Source of the DNA: Blastocladiella emersonii ATCC 22665
Taxonomy: Eukaryota; Fungi; Blastocladiomycota
Length of the DNA stretch: 64,000 nt
Direction: 5' to 3'
Assembly (NCBI GenBank): GCA_025594325.1
Contig: JANHCV010000005.1
Span: 372,001-436,000 of the forward strand
Every line of letters begins with the position of its first letter. Position 1 is the first letter of the stretch. A model generated the notes under the pieces. That model did no database searches, had not been told where the DNA came from, and saw only the letters and a list, made by a program, of their open reading frames with translations. Below are positions 7,512 to 17,568 of this stretch, in pieces. The translations under genes were made by a program, and so were the position numbers.

Positions 7512-10483
7512 GCATCACCAAACCGCACCCCAGTCAAATAAAATCGATCGACCATCGATCCACCCTTTGAATGGGTCGGACCCAGTGCAAGGAGATTGAC
7601 GTCGACCCGATATGTTACTTTTCCGATTGACCCTTTGATCGATCTGACGCGTCGATCAAGTTTGCACGTGCACTTGAACGACGCGTCGTGTGACCTGTGA
7701 CCACTCGAACAACTATCGAACGAGATCTTTTCCCGCCCGATTGATAAAAGTAACATGTTGATCGGGTCCGCTGCAAACGTCGAACGATCACTCGCATGAC
7801 CCAGTCCTGACCTTGAACGACACACCGAATGAGACGCAATTTGATATATATACGCGGCCGCACGCGCAGGATGAGGTGGGAGGGACAGGAAGAGCCGACG
7901 ACGAAGGCCGCAGCTTGGTCGGCGACCCCCCGTGCGTGCGACGAGCGTCGCGTTGGCTCGCACGCGGGAGGCCGGCCGCAGCGCATGTCGCGAGCCCCGT
8001 CGCCTTGGCCGCGGTCGCCGTCAGTCCTGCTTCTTGACTGCTCGCGTTGTTGATGGACGGACTTGAGCTGTTCGACGGCCGACTCGAGCAGGTGGACCTT
8101 GAAGGCGGTCGGCGAGGGCAGCGGCGGGCGGTGCAGCTGGTTGACTTGAGGAGGTACTCGAGCAGCAGGTGGTGGGGACGCGCAGGGACCGAGGTGATCT
8201 CGTACGTCAGCGTGAGTCCGAGTTCTTGACCCGGCCGTGAACGCAACCCGACTCGACAGCGAGTGCAGCAGGAGCCCGGCTTGTTCAGCTACTGCGAATG
8301 CGTAATGGTCAACCAGGAGTCGGGATACAGGAAGGTCGGACCGGGTCGCAGACCTTGACCATGAACAAGTACGCGGCCGAGTGCGGGCTCGAGGGCAGCG
8401 CCGACCAGTCAGTCGGTGGGCGAGCCCCGCAGCAGCTTGTCGTGGTAAATCGAGCCTATGGGTGACGTGGCGGCGACGAGTGACCGATGATCAAGAAGGT
8501 GTTGGGCGAGCGGGTCGTGTCGGCAGGCACCAGGTCAGAACCCGAGCGCACCAGCTCGCGTGCGGTAGAACCGGACAGCGCCGACGTGCCGGGCGATTAA
8601 TCACGACGAGTACAAAAGGGGTGGAGCCCGTACCGCATGACCTCGGGCGTGCCGCGAGGGCGGACGACGAGGCGGACCTTGCCGCTGCAGCGTGGTGTAC
8701 TTGGTGACCTACTCGAGCCGGCCGTGTCAGTGTTGGTCCGCGAGGACGCCGACCGAGTCGCATGCCTCGAACTGGGACTCGCACGCGCAGCCGAGCGCGT
8801 GCTTGAGGCCAGCGACGACCCGAGCAGCGAGACCTCGCAGCGTGTTCTTGATCACAGTTGAGGTTTGTTGTCGTTGACCGAGGCTATGGGCGACGTGGCG
8901 GAGACAAGTGAGCAAAAAAGTCAGGTCAGGCGAAGAGTCCGATCGACGCGAGCACGCGAGCCACGTCGCCGGGACCCGCGCCGACGGACGACACGAGCGA
9001 GACCGCTCGGGGACTCGAAGCTCGGCGGTGCCCGCACGCAGTGCGAATCGCGCCGAGAACGCGAAGGAGAAGGACTATACCTTGCGGGCTTGGGCGCGTC
9101 GTGCGCGAGTTGACGCCGCAGGTGAGGGTCAGCCCACTTGCCGCTGCTTGGCGTACTCGGTGCCCTACTCATGGCGGCCGCGAACGTGTTAGTCTCGGTC
9201 CACAGGAGAGGTAGACCGAGTCGCACACCACGTACCTTGTCACGACCTTGTTCAGGATCGACGCCGGATGAGGGAGCGCGAGTCGCCGCGGCGCAGAGTC
9301 CGCAAAAGGGAACGCGGCTGAACCGAGCGGCGCGCTCACGTGACGTTTGCTTCGACGCGTTTCGCTCCTCCCTTCGCTGCAGCGGCGCTCTCTCCTCCTG
9401 GCGACAGCACCACGACGTCGCACCTATGACTGATCCATGAATTACTTGCTGCAAGCATGTGGCTGCGCCGTGAGCTCTGCAATTTGGTCGATACAGACCT
9501 GGTTGGCAAGCAAGCCGCGCCGCGGCGCTCCTCTCGCGTGGAGAAGGTCGTCACGGCGGTCGTGAGGGCTCTCACATCTTGAAGCTTTATGAGTCGCAAG
9601 TGAGGTGTTTTGAGCGCGTTGTTGCCCTCCGTCGCGCTTGGTCGAGCGGAAACGCGCACCTGGCTCGTCAACCTGGAGTTGGACGGCATGCAGCTCGAAA
9701 GCACGGTCGTTGAGCATTTCCACCTGTACCAGTCGGTGCCGCACGTTGTTCCGCCGGGCCTCTACGTCGTGCAGACGTTTCCTCTCTGTCCCACGCAGCC
9801 CGCCACGTGTGAGTTCCATCCACATCGTGCCGCTGTCGGCCATCTCGGCCTTCCTTCCCGTCGCGCCGAACGGGAACCGCCCCTCGTTGGCGCACTAGGG
9901 CGGGTACACCGAGTACCTCATCGCCGTGTACGACGACGACGCGAGCCTCACGCTGCTCATGATGCCGCAGATCTCCAACTTTCTTGACTTTGTGGACCGC
10001 CGCGATCCCGAAGGCGCGAACCCGACGTTTGGCAACGTGCTGGAAGCGCACGAGCCTGAGCATGGCGATACAGTGCAAAGTCGGTGCGCTACTTAACGGA
10101 TAGCTCATTCTCATCAGTTGATTCGGAGCTGCAAATTAGCTGGAACTCAATCGGCGCGAGTGGAGACGTCATTTGAGGCACGTCTCGCGCCGCTCGACCA
10201 CTTGTCTGACATTCTGCTGGGACAGATTGGCATTATATCAATCGGCGCGGGGCATATCTCGATCCACACTCGTTCGATGAGTCGTTCGACAAGCTTTTAA
10301 CTTGATCGATCAATCATGTACATAGGTCGAATGGCAAGAAAGTCGATCAACAGGTCGAATGACTTGAGCTCACGGCGATCGATACTCATTCAACGTGTGG
10401 ATCGATTTTCTTGGCCATGTCGCACGAAAACAAGTCGATCGACTCTGGATCGACTTGGCGGGTCCGGCGCGGTTTGGTGATGC
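7512..10483. mobile_element. Decayed element A bounded by ~210-bp degenerate terminal inverted repeats
   Basis: 7512-7724 and 10269-10483 are reverse-complement homologues with four colinear blocks: GCATCACCAAACCGC (exact), ATCGATCCACnnnTTGAATG, TCGATCAAGTT and TCGAACrACT(c)ATCGAACGAG. The interior has broken coding-like fragments. Confidence 0.5.
9638..10096 (+). pseudogene. Interrupted coding-like fragment inside element A (unidentified)
   Basis: The frame ...IHIVPLSAISAFLPVAPNGNRPSLAH-TAG(9896-9898)-GGYTEYLIAVYDDDASLTLLMMPQISNFLDFVDRRDPEG... continues in frame to TAA at 10094-10096 with host-like codon bias. Confidence 0.3.
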
Positions 10484-11555
10484 CCTCTTTTGAGACCGCA
10501 TCGCGGCCGGGTAGGGTGCCGACGCTCACGTGAGCGGGGCCCACGTGAGCGTCTCAAAAAACGCGTGACAGACGCGTCGTTTGTCATCTGACCGGTGTGG
10601 CGCAACGCGTCCTGGCCGTGCACGTGACCTGCTTCGGCCTAACCTGCGGGAACGCGACGGTCAACGCGGTTTGCGATGGTCGAGCGGATCGCTTTGCGCC
10701 GATCCTCGACCAGGCACGCGAGACTCCGAGCACATGAACGCGTGAGAGATGCAGAAGCGCGGCAAGCCGCCGGCGGAGTCCGTGCCTGGCGCGTGTGTTG
10801 GAAAACGGCGCCCGTGTTCGGTGCACATCCTTAAACGACGCGGTTCACCTGGGAGCCGCTAGCACGGGCTCCTTGACAGATGCGGGCGCGAGTTTAACGA
10901 TTGCACTCTGAGCGACTTGCGAGGCCTTATGAGCGTGGATTATAGTGAGTGAGGACCGCCATTTTGAACGAACGTGTGTCGTGGGAGCGATCCGCCCGTG
11001 TCAATGGTCCCGCCTATCTGTGCAATGTGGATCTTTTACAATATTGACGAGCAGCTCTGGCTCTGCTCTGCGCCGCCCTCTTTGCGTTGCAGTTCGTGTC
11101 GCCTGACGGCGCGCTCCTGACGCGGGCCACGGCCATGGTCACGCAGAGCGCCGCGAGCCGCGGCCGCCCACCCAGTTGGTTCGGACAGGTCACCAACACT
11201 CTCGGCGCGGCGCTCGCGGCTTCGGATGAGCTCCGCATGCACGCTGGTAAGGGCACAGCGTATGTGTGCGCGGACAGCTGTCCGCAGCCGCGAGCGAGAT
11301 CCCAAGCCTGCCCTCGAGTTTATGTTCATGGTTGGCGTCAGCTTTCTCGGACGCGTCGTCATGCCGCTCGCCGCGGACTCGGTTGACAAGATCTACTACG
11401 TCTTCCACATCGTATTACAGGCAGGACTATTTACATGGACGCCTCGCTCCGCCGCGCTGATTCGCCAGACGTGGCGGCGGGTGCAGTCGTCTTTGTGTAA
11501 GCGGGTCGCTGGAACTCGCTGTTCGCGTCCCCAACGGGAACCACTCGAGCTTCCG

Positions 11556-11870
11556 CTCTCCGAACTGTGGGGCGCCTTCGCCGCCGCCGCGTCCGCTCGC
11601 CGCGGCGAAAAGCTCACCCTCATGCTTAACGATAATGGCGTTGTCGAATCGACTTAACGATAAAGGCGTTGTCGGCTCGGCCTCCAAGTTGCTCTTGCCC
11701 TCCTCCCCAAGAATGCGAGTCCGCGCAACGTGCTCGCTCGAATGGGCAGTGCTCCGCTGGATCATCGCGACCCACGAGTTCCAGGTCAACTTTGAGTGGG
11801 TCCACAGCCACGCCGGGAACTCAGGCACCAGAACGCCGACGTGCTCGCCAACGAGGGCGCTGCCGCGCAT
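11556..11870 (+). pseudogene. Frameshifted RNase H domain relic (retroelement-type)
   Basis: 'SELWGAFAAAASARRGEKLTLMLNDNGVV' (E/D motif region), then '..W..LRWII...FQVNFEWVHSHAGNSG', and after a 1-nt shift at about 11827 'QNADVLANEG'. Together these give the RNase HI C-terminal W-V-x-x-H-x-G-x-x-G-N-x-x-A-D-x-L-A motif. A local 22-bp tandem duplication (11625-11646/11653-11674) also breaks the frame. Confidence 0.6.
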
Positions 11871-12504
11871 CTGCCACTGGGAGTCGTGGCCGCCGTCCGC
11901 GCGGACCCGGACACACCCTTCACGGTGCGCTGGTGCGGCTGGGACCTCAACTCAAACCCGGGGCGCGCTCCCCGCCGCCTGCACACAGCGTGCGGCACGT
12001 CTCCCTGCTCGCCCTGACTCCACCAGCATCACCGGTTCGTTCGCCGAGCAGCTTGGAGGCTCAAACCGTATCAAATGCACCGCGGTCTCTGTCGTGGACG
12101 CGCCGCTCGCCGCATGGTTCAAGCGGATGTACAACCACCTGCGCGAGCTCATTGACCCGCGTCTCGCTCTCCCCTCCGCGACGGCCATCGCCTTGAGCGC
12201 CGCGCAGGAGCATGCTTGGCGCCCGCGCTGCAACGCGCGCGATTGCTGACGCCGCGCCCGTGACTCAAGTCGGTGCCCTGCCGCAACTCAACGCAATCGA
12301 CCAGCCGCACCGCCATCCGCTGAAGCGCGCGCACCGCGCAGCACTTGATACGCGCTATGCTGCGGCGCGCTATGCTGCAACGCGCCGCTCTCATACCCTT
12401 GCCAAAATTACTGCCGTAGCGGCGATGTTGAGGACTCGTTCAACGGGCGCTTACACGAAATTCAAGCGAACGCTTACACGCAATTCAAGCGAACGCGCTC
12501 TCGC

Positions 12505-12587
12505 ACGGCGCAAGCGCCCAACGTGGCGCGGGCTTTAGCCCTCGATTGAAAACCAGACGCGAAGCGTCGAGGTGGCTCAAGTATAAT
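12505..12587 (-). repeat. 83-bp dispersed element head (copy in left arm)
   Basis: Reverse complement matches 27766-27848 at 81/83 positions. Confidence 0.85.
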
Positions 12588-15336
12588 TCGACCACGCCGG
12601 CCCGCTCCCCCAGTCATGGATTGGAACCCAAAGTCGGACGTCCTGGGCCATCCTGTTCTCGCCACTCTATCTTTGCGGGGCTGTGTACTGTGAGCGCCGT
12701 CTCCCTCAAGGCACTGCGGTGCGAGACGGCCAGCCACACACGCGTGAGACATGCGTACGTGATATCGCGACGCGTCCAAGTCGAGTCAAGTCGAGTCGAC
12801 GACGGTTCCGGCCAAACGAAAATCAGCTCATCTGAAGCGGTTGGTCGTTGGTTGCACACGGGCGCGAGCACCGTCATGAAAGAGGTGGTTGTAAGACGGG
12901 TTTCGCAAGTGGGTCAAGGACGATATGTTTGCTCCCCGCTCCGCTGACGCAGGCTGCGACATCAGTAAACACGCTTGCCTCGCTCAAGGTGTGCCAACAA
13001 GCGACATGGGTAAGTGCACGAGCCCCGCGTCCAACGGTTGCGTTCTGGTGAAAGTGAACCCGAGGAGAAAGGTTTGTTTACGCGGGCGGGCATGCCACAG
13101 CGTGCTCCGTTCCAAGTCGCTTTGAGGCTCGCCGCGCGAGGCAGAGCCAGAGATGCGGATCGAGTGCGTGGTCTCGTCAACGAGAGTTTCCGCCGAGCCT
13201 GTACTACATCGCTGGTGAATCAATCAACTTTCCTTCGCGCATTTTCTCCCCAGAAGGCTCAATCCGCAATGAGTGAGTACATGCAGAGCACAGCGTGCTC
13301 CAAGGTTTTTTCCCGCTGGTCGCACTAACTCCGTAGCTCATGCTCCAAGCGCCAGTTGCAAACAACATGCATGAATAAGCACAGCTGGTCGTTTCGCAAT
13401 TCATGCGGTTTGCGTGGCGTTCCAGGGGGAACGCGAGGCACAGGAGTGCATATCATTGATACCATAGAGTTGAACAGGTCTCACGAGGCCGTGACGGTTG
13501 AGAACTCTCTTTATATCCGCGGAGCAGGGCCAAACGAGAGAGGGAAGGAGCAACTTTCTCGGCTGGTCCAACGAAACGGAGGCAGCGGTGGGCACGCGCT
13601 CCGGATCAGTGGCACGATCACGGATCCGCGCTTTCACTTGGCCGCACCCGCGAGTCAGGAAATAGCAGGTTCTTTTGCGCTTGCTAACCAAACGCGCTGC
13701 GTTCGCGTGCAATTGATGGGACGCCGGTGCTGGAGCCCGCTGGTTTCGTGTGTAATCTATTTTTTTTTTTTTTCAACTGAGCTTGCCAGGGACATGTACG
13801 TCATTCTGAAGTGGACAGTTACCACTGACGGATCGCTCCGCAGCACAGGTTCGCCAGCAGTGACATGTGGTGGGAAGTACTGCTCAGGCGGAGCTCTCGA
13901 GCTCGCGGTCCGCATCCCGTCCGGGAATCTCGCGCTTGACAGCAAAAACAAGGAATTTCTCAACAACCCGACAACCAAGATGCTCGTATGCACTCTGCGG
14001 GGCACGCTTCAGCGCAGCACGACTGCTCGAGCGCGTTTGTTCTGCCCTGGTGGGCCATCCCGACCCTACGGGATCCGTCCGTGCCACCTGTGAAAAGCAT
14101 TGTGCCGTTGCCAAAACCTAGGCCAACACAAAGGCTGACAGGCTTGCTGAGCAAGAAGCTGTTGCACTTTCTTCGATTAAAGGTTTTTTTCTTCGCGCGG
14201 CTACAATGGCAAATCAGACCTGCAGCGGATCTTGTGCGGCCATTTCACCGCCCACGACAAATCCCAATTCGCTCAGCTGGTGTGAGCGCCATTTCCATCA
14301 ACGAGCGCATATTTACTAGCCGCCCCCAGATGGACTGCGTCGTCGCAGCACGCACGCCAAGCACCAGCTCCGTTGGCGAGTTGCTGCCCATTTTGCAGAT
14401 CTCACGCGTCCCACGTACTTGGAATCTCGTGAGCCTGGTTGAGGTTCGGTGCAACGTGCTCCGCTCAAGTTTCAATGACCCGCGTCGTTGGGCGTCGCGC
14501 TTCCGTGGGTTGTGGCAAAGCAGGTCACGCGCCCTGCCAAGACGCGTTGCGCCACAGCGGATAGATGGCAAACGACGCGTTTGCCATGCGTTTTGTCCAA
14601 GTTACTTACATGGATCGCGCTCTCATGCGTTCATCGCCCTACTCCCGCCGCGAAGCGTCCTAAAATTGAGAGCTTTAGTCTTCAACATGGATCGTTGTGA
14701 CGGGCTGTTTCAGCTGCAGCGCGCCACACAACCACGGAAGCACAAGCCCACTGTCCGACCGCGCTTCTGTTGACCTTCCAGCCGAACGGTGAGGGCACAA
14801 ACTGGACCGACGCGCATATCAACCCAAGAGACCGACTTTCTCGCTCTGGACGCCGCTTGGAGCTCGATCTTTGCAGCGCAGTGAACCACTAGCTGGGCAG
14901 CGTGCAACCACGCTTGACAGCCGTTTCGCAATGGAGCTCATGATCCCGTTTTCAGATGTGAAACCCCTCCTAAAGTCAATTATATTCAATCGGGGGATAA
15001 TGATTTCTGACCAGTGCAAGTTGCGTAAGTCAACACCAGATGGGCTCACACACTTGGAGTGGCCGCCGTTGCCAGAATAAGCTCGCGATTACTCGCTGGA
15101 GGTTACTGTGCCGTCATTGAACGCAATTGCCCCGGTCCTAGTGCCTGTTGTCAACACTGGGAGTACCTTGATCAGCAGGTGCAGCGAGCGTCAGCAACTG
15201 CACGCTGTCCTGGGAGGCGCGATACGACTTCAAATACTGCGGATCACGATGTGAGATATGTATTAGGTGTACGATAGACTGTATAAGACCGCAATAGGGA
15301 CAAAAAGGAAGGCCCCGCGACCGCGGGGCAGGCACG

Positions 15337-15347
15337 AAAAAAGAAAA
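15337..15347 (-). terminator. Pol III terminator (T4-C-T6) of the left tRNA-Ser
   Basis: Oligo-T run immediately 3' of the tRNA on the minus strand. Confidence 0.7.
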
Positions 15348-15429
15348 CGACAACGGCAGGGTTCGAACCTGCGCACGCATAGCGTAACCGCTTAGTAGGC
15401 GGTCTCCTTAACCACTCGGACACGTTGTC
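15348..15429 (-). tRNA. tRNA-Ser, anticodon ACT (82 nt, long variable arm)
   Basis: GACAACG TG TCCGAGTGGTTAAGGA G ACCGC CTACTAA GCGGT TACGCTATGCGT GC GCAGG TTCGAAC CCTGC CGTTGTC G. All stems pair, A and B boxes are intact, the variable stem has 4 bp and the discriminator is G73. The layout is that of eukaryotic tRNA-Ser(GCT), but position 34 is A. Confidence 0.92.
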
Positions 15430-15534
15430 GAAGTCGCCATCCCGCTGGCTGACCTCATACCACCTTTGGTCTTTCTCACCACTCCCTGCAACGTAATCTA
15501 CGCAACGCATCAACACCCCTCCAAAAATCTCGAG

Positions 15535-17568
15535 ATGGAGGCGTCAAGTGGTGGTGGTGGCGTCGTCGTCGCGGCTCGCGACGGCGGCCCCGCCGCTCCC
15601 ACCCCTGCGCCCCCTGACCTGGCCGCCACCACAGCGACGTCGTCCTCGTCGTCGTCGCTGTCGTCGTCGTCGCCGGCTCCCATGGACGAGGATGTATCGA
15701 CCACCTCGCCCTCAGCATCAACAACCAACGCCACAGCCGCTGCTGCGGCTGGTGCGCAGCCCAACGCCACCCTCCACGGTGCCCTCTCCCCCTCGCCCCC
15801 CTCGCCCGCTGAGGGCTTCTACAACGAAGAGTACCCGCCCGCGGCGCATCAACTCGTCCATGCGCAAGGCCCGTTCCCCGCCTCGGAGCACTACACGCTT
15901 GCGTTCCGCGTCGCTGACGTCCGCCCCGCCGGCACCCCCGCCAAGGAGCTGTGCCAGCCGTCCCTCACCGTCAAGGAGCTCATCACGGACAAGCTCTCGC
16001 ACATGGGCCTGCGCAAGGGCATCCGCTCGGTCCGCACCGTGCACTGGACCGACGGCAACTACGTCCACGCCCGCTTCCGCAAGCTTGCGTCCGCGCAGTG
16101 GGTCATGCGCGGCGGGCTGCCCATTGGCCCTGGCACCAAGTGCACCACCACCGGCGGCAGGGTCGGCGAGGACCTGGTCCCGCGCGACGCGACCGAGAAC
16201 CGCGTCAGCCACATGTATGCCAAGGTCATCGTCTCCAACGTCCCCGACGCGTGGTCAGGCGAGCTGCTCATGTCGCTGCTGGTCCAGTACGCGATCGGCA
16301 GCGAGACGCGCGCTGCGCTCCTCTCCCTCGACAAGCCCGACCCCAGTCGCACCCGCACCGCGTCGCTCCTCCTGCCCCGCCACGACGCGCTCTCGCTCAT
16401 CCACAACGTCCGCTGCTCTGTCATCAACAACTGCGCCATCTCGTTTGACGCCACGGTCGTGCAAAAGGACCGCCGCGGGTACACGGTGCCCAACTCGCTC
16501 TGGCTCCACGGCCTGCCCGCCGGCACCACCGAGGGCGTGCTGTACGACTACTTTGAAAGCATGGGCGTCAAGCTGCACGGCGTGCGCGTGCGCCGCGCGC
16601 TTCGCTCGGGCGAGGAGCGCCTGACGCGCACCGCGTGCGTCCGCATGCCGCTGCCCAAGGACGTCCAGGACGGTCTCAGAATGGGCGTCCTCCCCATGAA
16701 GGGCACGTCCGTCTTCCTGCGCAAGGACGGCGAGCGGTGCTGCCACTGCTGCGGGTCCGACGCGCACTGGTCCACGTCGTGCGACGCCGAGAACCCCGCC
16801 AACCCGGTCCGCCGCTCCACGCGCAAGCCCAAGCCGTTGCCGCCGTCGTCGCGACCCTCCAACGCCAGCAACACGTCCACGTCGTCGCGCAAGCGCCAGC
16901 GCGACAGCATGGTCGTCACGCCGTTGGCGACCGTATTGCCCGCAGGTCGCGCCAGTCCAGGTTTGTCCTGGTCCAAGGTCGTCACCTCCTCCTCGCCCGC
17001 GCCCACGCCCGCGCCCGCGCGCGCCGCCAGCGCCGCCGTCTCGCTCGCGTCGTCGCTCGCCAAGGCCACGCTCCCCATGACGCTCAACCTCGCCGCGGCC
17101 GCTGCGCGCAAGGAGGGCCCGCTCGCCGCGTTCGGCCGCCGGTATGGCTGCCTCCCTGATGGCCCTGCCTCTGCCGAGGCCAAGGCCCTGTTCCAGACCC
17201 TCGCGTGCCAGGTGGGTGCGGTCTTGGCGGAAGCGGCCGCTGCGTCCAAGCTTGCGTCCACCATCATCAACCTCGCCACAGCCGAGCGCGCCGCCGCCAA
17301 GGCCATTGCCCAGCGCACCGCGGCCCACGCCGCCGCCAAGGACGCGATTGACGCGGTACGTGCTGCCGCCGCTGCTACGGCTGCTGCCGCCGAGGGCGCG
17401 GACGGCGCCGAGTCCATGGAGGGCGTGACTGCAACAGCACCCAGCACCGACGAGGCTGCTGCTGCGTTGTCGTCCGCCACCGCCGCGTCGCCCGCGCCGC
17501 CCGCAGGCAGCGCCAGCGACGGCGAGGCCGCCGCGGCGCTCGCTGGGATCGCAGCAGCTGCCGCCTAG
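15535..17568 (+). CDS. Gag/ORF1p-like nucleic-acid-binding protein (RRM-like domains + CCHC zinc knuckle)
   Basis: First ATG at 15535. RRM-like segments 'KVIVSNVPDAWSGELLMSLLVQY' and 'SLWLHGLPAGTTEGVLYDYFESMG', a perfect C-x2-C-x4-H-x4-C knuckle 'CHCCGSDAHWSTSC', then an Ala-rich helical region. No introns. Confidence 0.72.
   Translation: MEASSGGGGVVVAARDGGPAAPTPAPPDLAATTATSSSSSSLSSSSPAPMDEDVSTTSPSASTTNATAAAAAGAQPNATLHGALSPSPPSPAEGFYNEEYPPAAHQLVHAQGPFPASEHYTLAFRVADVRPAGTPAKELCQPSLTVKELITDKLSHMGLRKGIRSVRTVHWTDGNYVHARFRKLASAQWVMRGGLPIGPGTKCTTTGGRVGEDLVPRDATENRVSHMYAKVIVSNVPDAWSGELLMSLLVQYAIGSETRAALLSLDKPDPSRTRTASLLLPRHDALSLIHNVRCSVINNCAISFDATVVQKDRRGYTVPNSLWLHGLPAGTTEGVLYDYFESMGVKLHGVRVRRALRSGEERLTRTACVRMPLPKDVQDGLRMGVLPMKGTSVFLRKDGERCCHCCGSDAHWSTSCDAENPANPVRRSTRKPKPLPPSSRPSNASNTSTSSRKRQRDSMVVTPLATVLPAGRASPGLSWSKVVTSSSPAPTPAPARAASAAVSLASSLAKATLPMTLNLAAAAARKEGPLAAFGRRYGCLPDGPASAEAKALFQTLACQVGAVLAEAAAASKLASTIINLATAERAAAKAIAQRTAAHAAAKDAIDAVRAAAAATAAAAEGADGAESMEGVTATAPSTDEAAAALSSATAASPAPPAGSASDGEAAAALAGIAAAAA

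Larger units (their letters stand above)
10558..14594. mobile_element. Decayed element B bounded by ~200-bp degenerate terminal inverted repeats
   Basis: 10558-10756 aligns by eye with the reverse complement of 14392-14594. Shared blocks include AAACGCRTGRCARACGCGTCGTTTGYCATCT, GACGCGTTGCGCCACA, GTGACCTGCTT, CCTCRACCAGGC and ACGCGTGAGA; most differences are transitions. Confidence 0.55.

Noticed and set aside
13356-14773. 245-aa and 261-aa ORFs inside element B as real genes
   Set aside because: No recognisable domain or host codon bias; they may be decayed fragments but I cannot support a call.
15348-17568. RIP-like CpA>TpA signature (tRNA G34A, amber at 17566, amber at 9896)
   Set aside because: Any amber from CAG or TGG is automatically in CpA context, the changes are identical in both arms, and the arms are almost unmutated relative to each other, which is the opposite of RIP.
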